DNA of 64,000 bases from the NCBI RefSeq assembly GCF_016432865.1, contig NC_067401.1:102672001-102736000 (forward strand). The letters run 5' to 3'. Under the pieces are notes generated by a model. That model searched no databases. It was not told the origin of the DNA and saw only the letters and a list, made by a program, of their open reading frames with translations. This DNA comes from Antechinus flavipes. Its lineage: Eukaryota. The position numbers and the translations under genes are program-made. Below are positions 34,901 to 47,639 of the stretch, one piece after another; position 1 is the first letter of the stretch; each line of letters starts with the position of its first letter.

Positions 34901-35379
34901 TATTGCTCTACTTATTCACAGCATTGTTGTAAAAAAAGTGTTTGTAAACAATGACTGTGTGAATGCTATTTATTATTATTAGCTATCATGTTCCTTTTCT
35001 GGGAGTTGCTTGGAATTTTTTTCTTGTAAGATTAATTAATTGCTATGGGCAACAGGCACTGTGGAATTCCAGTCAGACACTAACAACTCATGAATGGTCA
35101 TGGCTGGTCAAGAAAACCAAGTAGCAACATTATGATTCCTAGCACATGTGGGTCCTTCTACTAAAGAACTGTATTTCCCAAAGAGATCATAATTGCTTCT
35201 GATTTAAAATAAATAGAAATACAAGTTGATTAAAGACAGACAAAGCAACAAGCATTTATTAAAAGTGAAATAATAAGCTTAGCTTAAGATATTGAACATA
35301 GAATTTTAGTTAGACTATTTCATAAATTGGACCAAGAAAGTGCTATGCTTCAATGTACCCTTCTAGCCTAAAATCATGG

Positions 35380-35900
35380 ACATAGAACATTAGTAATAGC
35401 TTCTATTTATATAATTCCCAAAGATTTACAAAACATTTTATTACTATTATCTTGCTTAATGCTACAAAGAATCCTGTGATCTAGGTAGTAAAAGTATTAT
35501 TATTTCCATTTTACAAATGAAGAAACTGTGTTTTAGTGCAGTTTTAAGAGATGTGACCAGGTCATGGTGGATGTAGGACTCTACATCTAATATAGAACCA
35601 AAGGCTTCTAAATATGAATGTAAGTCCATGGCACTAAACCATACAGTCCATCTTAGGAACTTTAGTGACCATAACAAAGCTGTAAAAGGAGGCATTTGAT
35701 AGTAAATCAGCCTTAGAGTTGAGAAGATGTGGATTCAAGTTTTAACTCTAAAACCCCCTGGCTGTGAGGTCTAAGGTAAGTCCCCAAACCTCTCAATGCT
35801 GGTAGGTAACTTTCTCTAATTATAAGTCATTCATCTCTTTCAGTGGAAATAGTTTCCATAATACAAGTTGCACATACTGGAAAATTCATATGTCTGAAAA
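35380..35900. mobile_element. MIR (minus, about 35380-35650) and MIR3 (plus, about 35690-35900)
   Basis: CORE motifs in opposite orientations. Confidence 0.6.
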
Positions 35901-36009
35901 AACTAAAAAAAAAAATCTAAGATTGACTGTACTTTATAAATAAGTTTTCCAGAATTACATTATCTTAAGATAGTAGATCTTGAATTTGTTTTTGTTATGA
36001 CTTTTAAAA

Positions 36010-36043
36010 ACAAACAAAACAAAACAAAACAAAACAAAACAAA
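36010..36043. repeat. (CAAAA)n microsatellite; also (TG)n 36821-36867, (AC)n 41785-41815, (CAT)n 44224-44242, (AT)n 62597-62639
   Basis: Direct inspection. Confidence 0.95.
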
Positions 36044-36830
36044 ACCTTTTGCTGAATTGGATGTTTTTGTTCTGGTTATTGGAGAATGTTTTAACATTCC
36101 CAAACATACACAAGAGTTTATTATTGTGGGAAGAAACTTTCTCCTTCAATGCATTATTTTTAAATCAAGAAAGAGACATTCATTCTGCTACTATAAAAAT
36201 GAAAATAAAATGCAAGCTTTATCTTCATGACTTTCTCTCTCTTTCAGAAAATCTAGTGTCATAGCATGAAGAAACATTAAATTATTGAACTTTATGCTTA
36301 AGAAACCTAGAAGGAGGAATGGTGTATTATGAACACTGTAGTGACCACACAATCCATTTTACTGTGGGCTGTGAATTCATTTTCTTACATTCATGGTGGC
36401 ATGCTATTTTGGAATCAAGAAAGGTAGGGGGTATATTTTTCTTGGGCTAAAGTTGCAATCTATAAACAGGGAAATCAGCAACAAGGATTGGCCTGATTCC
36501 TTGAAAACACTCAGAGGTAGGTGGTTGCTTCATACCCACTGACTTAGGTGCTGAGAAGGTTTAGCTTCATCTTTAAGAAATGATGGATAAATAGGATAAC
36601 CTGGTGGCCGCTGGTTTTAAGAAGAAAAATCCAAGTGGAACTTGACTTTATCTCCTCTGACACTACAGTAGAAGGCAAAGAATTTATCAAAACTTACTCC
36701 CAAGAAGAATGTTATTGGACAGTGATTCCTAACCTTTTTGGAGTTATAAAACAAATGTTACTTTGATTTTGCTATAACACTTCATTTTTCTCTTGGCTTC
36801 CTTCTATCTCTGTCTCTCTCTGTGTGTGTA

Positions 36831-36868
<38 letters not shown>

Positions 36869-36929
36869 TGTTTCTGCCTGTCTCTTTTCCTTTCCCTCCC
36901 TCTCTGTCTTTTTATCTATATCTCTATCT

Positions 36930-37885
36930 ATCTCTTCTTAATAGTATTTTATTTCTTCTAATTACATGAAAAAGATCATTTTTGAACATTCACTTTTATA
37001 AAATTTTGAGTTCCATATTGTTTTTCTTACTTCCTCTTTTCCTCTTTTCCGAAGATGGCAAACAATTTGAAATAGGAAATATATATACAATCATATTAAA
37101 CATATTTCCACATTATTCTTGGTATAAAAGAAAAATCAGAACAAAAGGGAAAAAACATGAGAAAGAAAAAAAAGTGAAAATATTATGGTTTGATCTACAT
37201 TCCAACTCCATTTTCCATCATGGATCTTTTAGAATTTTTTTTTTTTATCTTTACATTGCTAAGGAGAGCTAAGTCTATCAATTTTGATCCTTGTATATTG
37301 TTGCTGTCACTGTGTACAGTATTCTAGTTCTTCTCACTTCACTCAGCATCAGCTCATGTAAATTTTTCCAGGTCATTCTGGAATCCACCTGGTCATCATT
37401 TCTTTTAGCATAATAATATTCCATTACATTCCTTTACTACAACTTGTTCAGCCATTCAACAATTCATAGGTGTTCCCTCAATTTCCAATTCTTTTTCACT
37501 CTATAAAGAGCTGCTATGAACATTGTTATACATGTGGGTTCTTTTCCCTTTTTTATGATCTCTTAGGATACAAACTTAGTAGTGATATTGCTGGATCAAA
37601 GGGCATGGCACATTTTGATTGTCCTTTGGACATAATTTCAAATTGATTTCCAAAATGGTTAAATCAGTTCACAACTCAACCAACAATGCATTAATATTCC
37701 AGTTTTGCCTTTCACATTTATCATTTAATTTGTCTGTCATCTTAGCCAATCTGATAGGTGTGAGGTGATACCTCAGAGTTGTTTTAATTTGCATTTCTCT
37801 AATCCATAGTGATTTAGAACATTTTCTCATATAGCTATAGATAGTTTTAATTTTTTCATCTGAACACTGCCTGTTTATATCTTTT
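36930..37885 (-). mobile_element. Older 5'-truncated L1 (3' UTR + distal ORF2)
   Basis: Collinear with 26202-27140 L1 but with many indels and substitutions. Confidence 0.9.
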
Positions 37886-39334
37886 GTCTATCTCTATCTC
37901 CATGTCTCTTTCTGTCTCCCTCTTTCCGACAGTCTGTCTGTCTCTTTCCTACAACTATTGGTCCAAGGGAATGATATATAACTTCTTTGAATCTTTGCTT
38001 GCCAATCTATAAAATGAAGGTTTCGGATTAAGTGACCTCTAAAGTCCTTCCTAACGTTCCCCAATGATATTGTGTATCTGCAAGTGAATTAAAATTGATG
38101 ATTTCCTTTGAGAGTGTTTTTCAGTCAATCCATCTATCATCAGTCAAACAATGAGCATTAATTAAGCAAATGCTCATTGTTTGAGCATTTATTAAGCACT
38201 TACTACTGTATTCAAAGAATTCTTGGCATCTCTGGAGAGAAATGGAAACATTTTAGGGCAGGGATTGGGGTCCACAGCTCTCTCCAAGATGTTCATAAAT
38301 AGATTTTTGTGCAGTCTATGAACTTACATGAGAAAAAAAATACCTCTTTTTTTCACTAGCCTCTAGCTAAAATTGAGGAAATGGAAGGAAATTTTCATTT
38401 ATTTAAAAACATTATTCTGAGGTGTCCATACATTTCACCAGATTGCCAAAACAGTGCATGATACATACAAAAACCTCATGTTCCAGGAGCAAAATTGAAT
38501 CATAGTTATAGAATACATGCATCATGTATCCAACTGATACAAATGCATTTGTAGTCATAGTTCCAAGAGAAAAGGAAGGCCTATGGAAAATTAGTTTTCC
38601 ATAATTCCAATGGTATGCAGAAGCCCTGTTTATATCTACCCTCTTTCACTAAGCTCCCCCTCAGTTGAACCTGTCTTATGTATTTTGGCCACTCTTTGGA
38701 AACCTTTTTTCTCTAGTACCTCAGCTTTTGGAGACTCTAACAGAAACATCATAAAGAAGTGCCCATAAAAACCTTGGTCTTGTGCCCTGCTCTGAGTTCT
38801 GTGGGTAAACCATTGGCAATAGTTTTTCCATAGTATTAAAGCAGAACTGAATTTTTAAGTAATGGCTTTTTACACACCTCCTAAACTATCCTAGTAGTTG
38901 TTTTCAAAGAAAAAAACAATCCAATTTTGATTAGCCAGCATTTTAAGATTCAAGGACCAGACTTCTTTTTCTTCTACTGTTGCCCATGGTATTGGATATT
39001 TCACCACCAAAATATATAAGATGGACTGAAAAAGAAAAAGGGGGGAGATAATGAGATTCTAAAACTCAGGTTACATCATTTTGAGATTTGTAAGTAGTTT
39101 TCCATTTTATTTTTTCATTTGGGTTGGGAAGAAGTGGAGCAGAGACAAGGAAATTGACACTCACTAAAATAGAGATTAAGGATTATTTATCATCAAGAAC
39201 TGTGCATTTATAGGGTTTGAATCCCAGCTCTGTTACTGACAGTCTGTATGACTGACCCTGGACAAGTTACTTCTAGATTCTGGTTCATCTGGCAACTTGA
39301 GCATACCTTGCCCCCTGTAGAGGATGGCTCTGAC

Positions 39335-39580
39335 ATCTTATTTAGGGGCAACCAGGAGGTACAATGGATTGAAATCAGGAAGATTCACATTTAAAAAGCA
39401 AGCCTCAGACACTAGCTGTGTGACCCAGTGCAAGTCATTCAACCCTGTTTGCTTCAGTTTCTTATCTTTAAATGAGTTGGAAAAGGAAATGGCAAATCAC
39501 TCTTTGTCAAAAAATTAGTTTTCTAAATGCAGTCACAAAAATTCAGACAAGACTAAAATAACTGAACAACAACAAACCTT
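39335..39580 (+). mobile_element. Mar1 CORE-SINE
   Basis: 'ggggcaaccaggaggtacaatggattgaaatcaggaag' to 'actgaacaacaac'. Confidence 0.8.
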
Positions 39581-40719
39581 GTTTACAAGAAATAGATTAG
39601 TCTTTGCTGATTATCAGTGATTGTGGAAGAATATGTGATGGCTTGGAATATTAGGGTTATGGTGAGACAAAATTTTTTCAGAGAAAGTAGCAATCTTTTC
39701 AATTGACAGTCAACTCTCATCTTTTTGCCTTTCTCCATTTAGAAGACATCAGCATGCAACAGGATGAGTCTGCTCCTAGGAGGAGGGAAATAGTGTCTCT
39801 CCTCTAAAAAGTGGTAATGGCCACCTTGGGGCAGAAACACATGGAAGTTACATGTGCTCAACCATGATAACTGGAAACTTAAGAATAGACTTCCCCACTC
39901 CAAAAGATGGCAGTAGCTGGGGGAAAGTGACAGATTCCCTATATCACAGCACGTGACAATAGTAGGTATGTATGTGCTTACTCATGTTATTCATAGATAA
40001 TTCTCCTGAGCCCAAATCTCCTGTGTAGAAAAGGGGAATTTTAAAGTAACAATTCTCCTAGAAAAGCTTAGATTAATTGCCTTGAGGAAAGGCTTAAATT
40101 GTTAAAGACCCTGAAAACTGTATTCCTTTCCAGCTCTGGAAGAGAGGAAGCTAATACAGGATCCAGCAGATGATTCCTCTCTTCCTGAGCAGGGAATAAA
40201 AATAACTCATAGTTTTCAATGACTCAGGTTCTTCTGCAAAGTGCCCAGGCCAAGCTTTGACAGAAGGCCTGTTTTACTGAATTCTAGGCAGCATAATCCC
40301 CAAATCAAGCTATTTAGGCATAAAAATATTTCCTGGGAAGCATCAGCCAGTCTAGCTCTTGCAAACTCTCTTTGCCACTGCCTCCAGCAAGCTCTGGCCA
40401 ATGACTGTGGATAACAGTAGCATTACCCCTGAGACCTCTGGTGCTGCTTCTTGTCCAGTCCCCAAAACCATTATCTTGGGAAACAATCCTTGTGAAGATG
40501 TCTGGCAACTGCTTCTGCAGGTGCTATAGTTTCTACCTCCTTCCCAGCTAATGCAAAAAATAAAAGGACCAAAGTCTTTGACACTATCAAATGGTTCAAA
40601 ATTAAAATAGATGGCACTTTTATCAGTGAAAACAAGAAGAAAGAAGCTGTATTGCTATGTGATTTGCTGATGTACCTTAAGCACCACATTGTATTCCCTC
40701 TGACACAACTAAAACTTTT

Positions 40720-41110
40720 TATATGTGTTTTTCACCCTTTATAGAATGTAAATTCCTTGACAGCAAGGATGATCTCTGCTTTTCCATTTATATCCACAGC
40801 ACTTTGCATAGTGCTTTACACATTTGTTGTTGTTGCTCTTTAGTCATTTTTCAGTCATGTTCAAATCTTCATTTCTCCTTTTGGGATTTACTTGGCAAAG
40901 ATGCTGGAATGATTTGCCATTTCCTTCTCCAGCTGATTTTACAGATGAGGAAACTGAGGCAAATAAGGTTAAGTTAAGCCCTATGTCACACAGCTGGTCA
41001 GTGTCTGAGTTTGTATTTGAACTCCGTTTTCCTGATTTCAGTTAGGGCTCTATGTATTGTGCCATCCACCTATATTAAGCACTTAATAAATGATTTTTCA
41101 TTCATTCATT
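40720..41110. mobile_element. L2 3' end (+) split by Mar1 (-, about 40820-41070)
   Basis: L2 'gaatgtaaattccttgacagcaagga...cacagcactttgcatagt' resumes as 'aagcacttaataaatg' after the Mar1. Confidence 0.75.
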
Positions 41111-41781
41111 TCCAATTGTTTCCGGGTCCTATCTTATGAATCCTTTGCATCTTTTTTGAGGTGAAGGCTTTTGGGACATTCATGTTCCATACCTAAATTA
41201 TCATTAGCACTTAGATTAAAGTTTGGGAATTCCTAAACTTGAGATTTATTCTAAAGGTAATTTATGTATGTGTACATATATCCATACTTTCTTGGGAGAG
41301 AGATAAGCTCAAATTGATTGTAGGATTTATTGGTCAAGCCTTACCCCACCCCCTGTCATACATGACTTCTTTGAACTTCAGTCTTCTCATCTGAAAAAAT
41401 GAGGGGGTTAGACCAGATGGTGTCTGAGAGCAATTGTCAAACTTAACTGAGATTTGACAGTTTATGTGATGGAGGTTCTCTTGGAAGCAGGTCAGTTGAA
41501 TCTTTAGGAAATACAAAAAAAAAAAAGGAAGGGGAATGCTTTCTGATTGTATCTGCGTTTCATCCCAGATTGTACTCAGAAATGATTGATCTCCTTCTTT
41601 GTTTAACATGCAGCATTTGATACTCACACATTTTTATTCTCCAACCACTCCTAATAATGTTGCTCTTGAAATATGCTAATAATTTCTTTTGAAATAACTG
41701 GCCTACTCATTTTAAAATGACAGCCCTTCTCCTTCAGTCCTTTTGCTGAATTTTTCTTTGTGATTAAATGCAAGCTTTACT

Positions 41782-41816
<35 letters not shown>

Positions 41817-42249
41817 TCTCTCTCCACTTGCAAAAAGACTGTTATGGGGAGGAATAATAGATTTTTAAATGATTAACTCTACTCCCTTGCAGTTGCTGAG
41901 CCTCTTATACAGCTGATCCAGAAGAGCTCAATCCAACAGTAAGCCTCTCTCTCTGTCTCTCTGCACAGCCACACAGCTATTCTAAAAAAAAAAACAAACA
42001 AATAAAAAAACCCAAGAGCTTTTTAGCAGGAGAAATGTTTCTAGGAATGTCCATACTGATGTTCCATAATGAAAATGCAAAAAGGGCAGAAGAGTTGATG
42101 ACAGCTTTGATGACATGGGAGCTATTGGTGGGGAGGGGAAGAGAAAGGCCAAGATTATTAAGGATGTTCATAATCAGTTTTTATTAGGGAACAGAGTGAT
42201 ATGTTAGACAGAAGAAGGGAAGGGAGAAAGTAAGCATTGATTAAGCTAA

Positions 42250-42690
42250 ATGGCACAGTGGATAGAGTGCCAGGCCTGGAGTAAGGAAGACTCATCTTCC
42301 TGATGAGTCTTCAAATGCTTATTAGATATGTGATCCTGGGCAAGTCACTTAACCTTGTTTGCCTTAATTCCTCATCTGTAAAATAAGCTGGAAAAGGAAA
42401 TAGCAAACCACTCCAGTATATTTGTCAGGAAAACTTGGGGTCATCAAGAGTAGGAAATGACTGAAAAATAACTGAATAACAATCATCTATTCTAAGTACT
42501 TTACAAATATTTCACTTAATCCTCACAACAACTCTATGAGATAAATACTATTATGATCCCAATTTTATAGATGAGCAAATTGAGGCATAGATTAAATGAC
42601 TTCTACAAGGTTTTATAACTCATAATCTAAAATGAGATTAGAACTTAGGTTTTCCTAATTCCAGACATAGTGTTCTATCTATTGAGCTAT
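42250..42690. mobile_element. Mar1 (+, about 42250-42485) followed by MIR (-, about 42490-42690)
   Basis: 'ggcacagtggatagagtgccaggcctggagtaaggaagac' head; reverse CORE 'agatgagcaaattgaggc'. Confidence 0.8.
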
Positions 42691-42719
42691 TTGACCAGCC
42701 TGATTGTTTTCTTATTCAT

Positions 42720-43320
42720 TAGAATAGCTTGCTCACTCTTAAGCAAAGAATTAAGACATCTTAGGATAATAAAAATCAGGATCCAGGCAGAGGATGAATA
42801 TGACATCAAGGTTGGCTATCACACTGATTATAAATTATCCAACTTGAAAAGGCTACCAACCCAAACTAAAGTTGAGGGAATGTCAGTGCATGATTTTTTG
42901 TTTGCAGATGACTCACTCAATGCAGCCTCTGAAGCGGAGATGCAACAAAGCATGGATTGATTCTCTGCTGCTTACATTAATTTTGTCCTGATAATTAATA
43001 CCAAGAAAACACAGGTGCTCCCTCAGCCATCACTATATCATTAATATGTGGAACCATCAGTTCCAGCAAATGGAGAAATTTTGATAAGTTCTATATAATT
43101 TTGTGTGATAAGTTGTGGATAAGTTCATTTACCAAGGCAATATACTTCCCAGAGATGGACGCATTGATAATGAGGTTGACACACACATTTCCATAGCCAC
43201 CTCAGTGTTTGGGAGGATTGGAAAGAAAAATGTGGCAGAAAAGCAGTATTAGATTGACTAACAAACTGAAGAAGTGTCGTGCTGACCTCTTTGTTGTATA
43301 GTCATGAAACCTGGACAGCA
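42720..43320 (+). mobile_element. RTE LINE RT fragment
   Basis: NLKRLPTQTKVEGMSVHDFLFADDSLNAASEAEMQQSMD: RT FADD motif in RTE/BovB-clade context. Confidence 0.9.
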
Positions 43321-43609
43321 AAAAAAATCAAAGATCTTACAAAAAATATTTTTAGAAAAAAAATTCTTACCTGAGATTCTTCTATGAGTAAATCACTTTT
43401 TTATTTGTTTAAATAGTTAATAATCTCAGTGAAAGTGTTTAATAAGAATTATCTATACCTTCTTTGTAGATTGAAAGATAGAAAGGGTTGCATTTTTTAA
43501 TCTTCTATATCACTAGGAGATTAGAGAATTTAATAAAATTTTCACTGCCTATAGTGCAGGAGAATCAGGTGAAACATAGCTTGGACAATTTAAAACACTA
43601 TAAATGTAA

Positions 43610-44220
43610 CCAATCAATCAACAAGCATTTATTAAGTGCCTACTATGTGATAGGCTAAATCTATCTATATCTAAAATCTAGAAAGCAAATCTAAAAGCAA
43701 TTCAGTTTTTGCTTTTAAGGTGTTTTACATTCTGTTCAGAGTATACAACATGGTCACCATTAAGTGAATACTGGATATGCTACAAAATAAATATTAGATG
43801 ATGAAGGGCGGAAGGGGAGAAAGAACACTAACAATCTAGAAGTACTAGAAAAGGTTTGATGAAATAGAATTTACTTGAAATGAGCTTTGAAGGCAGGTAA
43901 GGATCACAAGAGGTAGGAAAGAGAGAAAGGGGAGAGAACTTTAGAACTAGGAGACTTCCAAGAATAAAGTCATGGAAGAAACAAGATAGAGAATACAAGG
44001 ATATACTAAGTAGAGTAATTGGGCAGCACCATAGAATAAGGGAGAGAATGTAACCTAAAATCAGTTTGCAAGATAGAACACCTCCTGATTGTGAATGCCA
44101 AAATGGAGTTTATAATTTATCCTGAAGGCCAATAGAATGCCACTGAAACTTATTGAACAGGGGAAGAACATTGTCAGTCTTGTGTTTTAAGAATACCAAT
44201 ATGGCAGCCAGGTGGAAGGA
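43610..44220 (-). mobile_element. L2 LINE 3' region
   Basis: 'aatcaatcaacaagcatttattaagtgcctactatgtg' reverse L2 tail plus purine-rich body. Confidence 0.8.
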
Positions 44221-45289
44221 GGATCATCATCATCATCATCATTATTTTATCCCTATTTCTAGTTTCTTGAGTAGGTTCAACAAATCATCATTAGTCCTTT
44301 GGAACTACATGTAGTTGGCTGTTACATTGATTAGAATTCTGATACCTTTCAAAGTTGTTTGTCTTTCTAATATGTCATTCTGGTTTAGACTGCTCTCCTC
44401 TCTTGTTCTGGGGAGAGCAGCTCCAGTCTCATGGATTGAGATCCTATAATACACAGAGCTGACCCCTCAACTTGGAGCCTCATGCCTGGAAGAGGTTATT
44501 CCCAATCCAGTATTCATTCAGAGTGCCCCTGTTCTGTGTTGTTTATCAGGACTCCTTCTGTCTCACCCTTTATACTGGATCACCAAGCCTTGGTGATAGC
44601 AAAAGCAGTATTATATAAATTGTAATCCTTTTGCACTGACGGTGGAAACATTTTTTAATAATGAATCTCTTACAATTATATGAGAGGATCCCTATTAAAT
44701 GGTATGTTGTAAAATTGTGAATTAAGCACAAGATCTTAGAAATTTGTGTGCAGATATTAAAATTAAAATAGAACTTATTAAAACAAAGTTCTGGTAGCTT
44801 ATTTTGGGGAGGAGCAGGTCATATGTTTCTATCTTCTAATTAGATGAAGTATGTTGCTTTCTAAAATGTATATTGGATAATTTGCAAAAATTATGAATTA
44901 TGCCTTAAAATTTTGTCAGCTTTGCTGGACATATGTATAAGTTCTATGAAATTTGGTCCAAGTTATTTAAATATTAACTATTTTGTGAATCTTAAAGTTT
45001 AAAAAAAAAGGAGTGATTTTAAAAACAAGGGACAAGAAAGATTGATTTGCAAAAGCAATTGATAGTTTGAATGGAACATTTATTTAGACTATCCAAGGTT
45101 AAAGTATTGATTTTTAAAATAATTTTTTAATTGATATATACATTAAAATTGGAAATAACTGTAAATTACATGAGAGTCCGAATCATTTTTGTGATCATTT
45201 TTGTGACTTATGTTTAGTTGGCTATCACTTATGAAAATTGTGAAGTTGCTAATTAAATTATTTGGGGTTATTGTCATAATATTGAAACC

Positions 45290-46510
45290 TAAAATTGTTA
45301 GGTATTATGTGGATTAGGTAGACACCAGATGATTATAGACACCGAAGTTGGGGTTTGATCATGTGAATAATTTGTATTGGCCAATATCTTTGGTAAAAGA
45401 TTTATTAGATTTACTATGGAAAGGGGCAAGCTCCTAATGGAACTTGCCATTTGCCAGGGGAAATGAGACACCCCATGAGATTGGGGCATGTCCTTGGCTG
45501 GTAAGCTGGATCCTGGGAGGGGACTTGGCACCCTAAAAAGAGTTAGCTGTGAGAAGTGGGGTTGGGAACATGATGGAGTTGGGAGACATACCACATGGAG
45601 TAAGGGAAGGGAAAGACAGAACAGGAGTCTGTCCCACCACACCCATGAGACTCTCTTTTCTCTCTCCCTCCCCCATATGTTTCTTCTCCTCCTCCTCCTC
45701 TTCCTCAGACCATGCCCACCTCTACTGCTTCATTCCCAACCACCCGCCAGTCCTATCAATCCTCTGGAGGACTTATTAACTCCCTCCACCCCTCCCCCTA
45801 GACATCTGAGGAGGGAAGTAGAGGAACTAAAAAAAAGTTTAGTAAATTTAGTGAAAAGTCTAGTGAATTTTCTAATCCCTGACCCATCAATACCTGGGAC
45901 ACATATGTACCCACTAAGAGAGGTGCCCTTAGCCCAAGAGGGATTAAGATTTGTTAATATGCCCCTTAGCATTCTGGAGGTGAAGAATTTTAAGAAGATG
46001 AAACCACTTATCTATCAGAACAATTAGATCAGTTTCTGGACCCTAACATGTATACTTGGGGTAAGTAATGTCTATATTAAATATATTGTTCTTTCCAGAG
46101 GAAAGAACTCTAGTGAGAAGGGCTGCCATGGCTGAATGGGAAAGAAGGCATCTTCCCACAATAGGGTTAGTACTAGCTGATCAGAAATACCTCAATCAGG
46201 ATCTCAATGGTCCCATAACAATGAGGTTCATTGGGGTCACATGCAAGACCTAAGGAATTTAATATTATAGGAATTAAGAGTTCAGTGTCCAAACCACAGA
46301 ACTTGAAGAAGGCATTCAACATAATGCAAGGGAAGGCGGAATCCCCTTCTGAATTCTTAGAAAGACTGAAAGAAAGTATGAGAAAATATTCAGATCTGGA
46401 TCCCTCAGACCCAGTCAAAATTATTGAATGTTGAAGATACATTTTCTAACAAACAAATGAACAGACATAAGCAGGAAGTTACAAAAGGTAGATGGAATCA
46501 TAGGCCATTA
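45290..46510 (+). pseudogene. gag: ERV gag remnant (frameshifted)
   Basis: YPLREVPLAQEGLRFVNMPL..EVKNFKK; EQLDQFLDPNMYTW; MSILNILFFPEERTLVRRAAMAEWER; MHR QGKAESPSEFLERLKESMRKYSDLDP; DISRKLQK. Confidence 0.92.
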
Positions 46511-47639
46511 GGAGACTTTGGAGGAGAGATCATTTAACCAAAATATGGGTTTTCTAAGGATTGCGTGTGTCAGAAGCTAACCTTATATGTGAAAAGGGAA
46601 AGATCTATCAGCTTGGAAAGGGGAAATTTAACTCTCCCTCCCCCCTGCCTTTTAGAAATGAGAATCCTCCCCCTCGAGTTTAACTGAAATTAGCTTACAT
46701 TTATATGGTGTTAATAACTGAATGTTTTTATTTTTCAAGTTTATAGCTGCTTTAAGGCAAGGTCATTTTTGATGCTATATCAAAGATTTCACTGCTTAGC
46801 AATGCAAGAAACTTTTAAGAGATTTGTTAGAACTGCAAGTTGTCTGAAAAAAAGCATTATTTCTACCAAGGTCTCCATCTGTCTTCAGCAAATTATTTAA
46901 TATTTAGTTAAGTGCATAATGATCTCCTTATTTAATGAATATGATAACAAGTATGAGCTATAGATCATACTTGAAGTAGGTACTTGAAGTACCTAGAGAA
47001 AGATGTTAAACCTAATATCCCTGCATTAGTTTTGACTGTTTTGCAGTCTCATTTGATAGACAATGGTTTGTAAGATTTTGTTTTGTTTTCTTTTGTTTTT
47101 ATATAAACCTGAAATCTCTGATTGGTGAAACTTGCCATTGTGATGAAATCTCTTGGGATTGTAATTATTATTGTTTTGAGTTGCAAATTTGGATATGATT
47201 GCCTGACAGACCATCAAGCCAGTGATCCACCATCTTAAAGAAATATGCCATAAGTTACTCAGAAGGATGCCTTACAGGTGAATGTCTTATCTGAGGAAGA
47301 GCTGGAAGGACAACTTTAGCCTCTGCTAAAGATCCTCTGGGATCCTTCTGACTCAGTTTCCCAGGTCTGTTTCTTTGCTTCCTACCTGACTGTTTCTGAG
47401 TCTGGCTAGGAAGTGGAAACTGCATGATTGGTTGTCAGAGCTAAGGATGCTTTATCCTGTCATGTATGTGCTCTCAGATTGAGGCCCTGGAGAATCAATT
47501 TTGACTGATTATATTATTATAATTATGTCCCTGTTTTTTCTTCATATATCAAATTTCTTCAGAGCAAGTGTGGAAGATATGAGGCACAAAATAAGTCTGC
47601 AACACAACCCCGGAGGTTTCTCTGCCTGTAGCCATAAAA

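Noticed and set aside
40314-40508. RIVSQDNG resembling integrase 'IVSDNG'
   Set aside because: Surrounding residues do not follow the integrase core pattern
41628-41780. Minus-strand GTGAGT donor at 41627 with upstream AT-rich segment
   Set aside because: No frame is open from a credible acceptor to the donor
44575-44620. Possible primer-binding site 'tggtgatagc' for the ERV1
   Set aside because: Does not match a tRNA 3' end I can identify and no upstream LTR copy is visible
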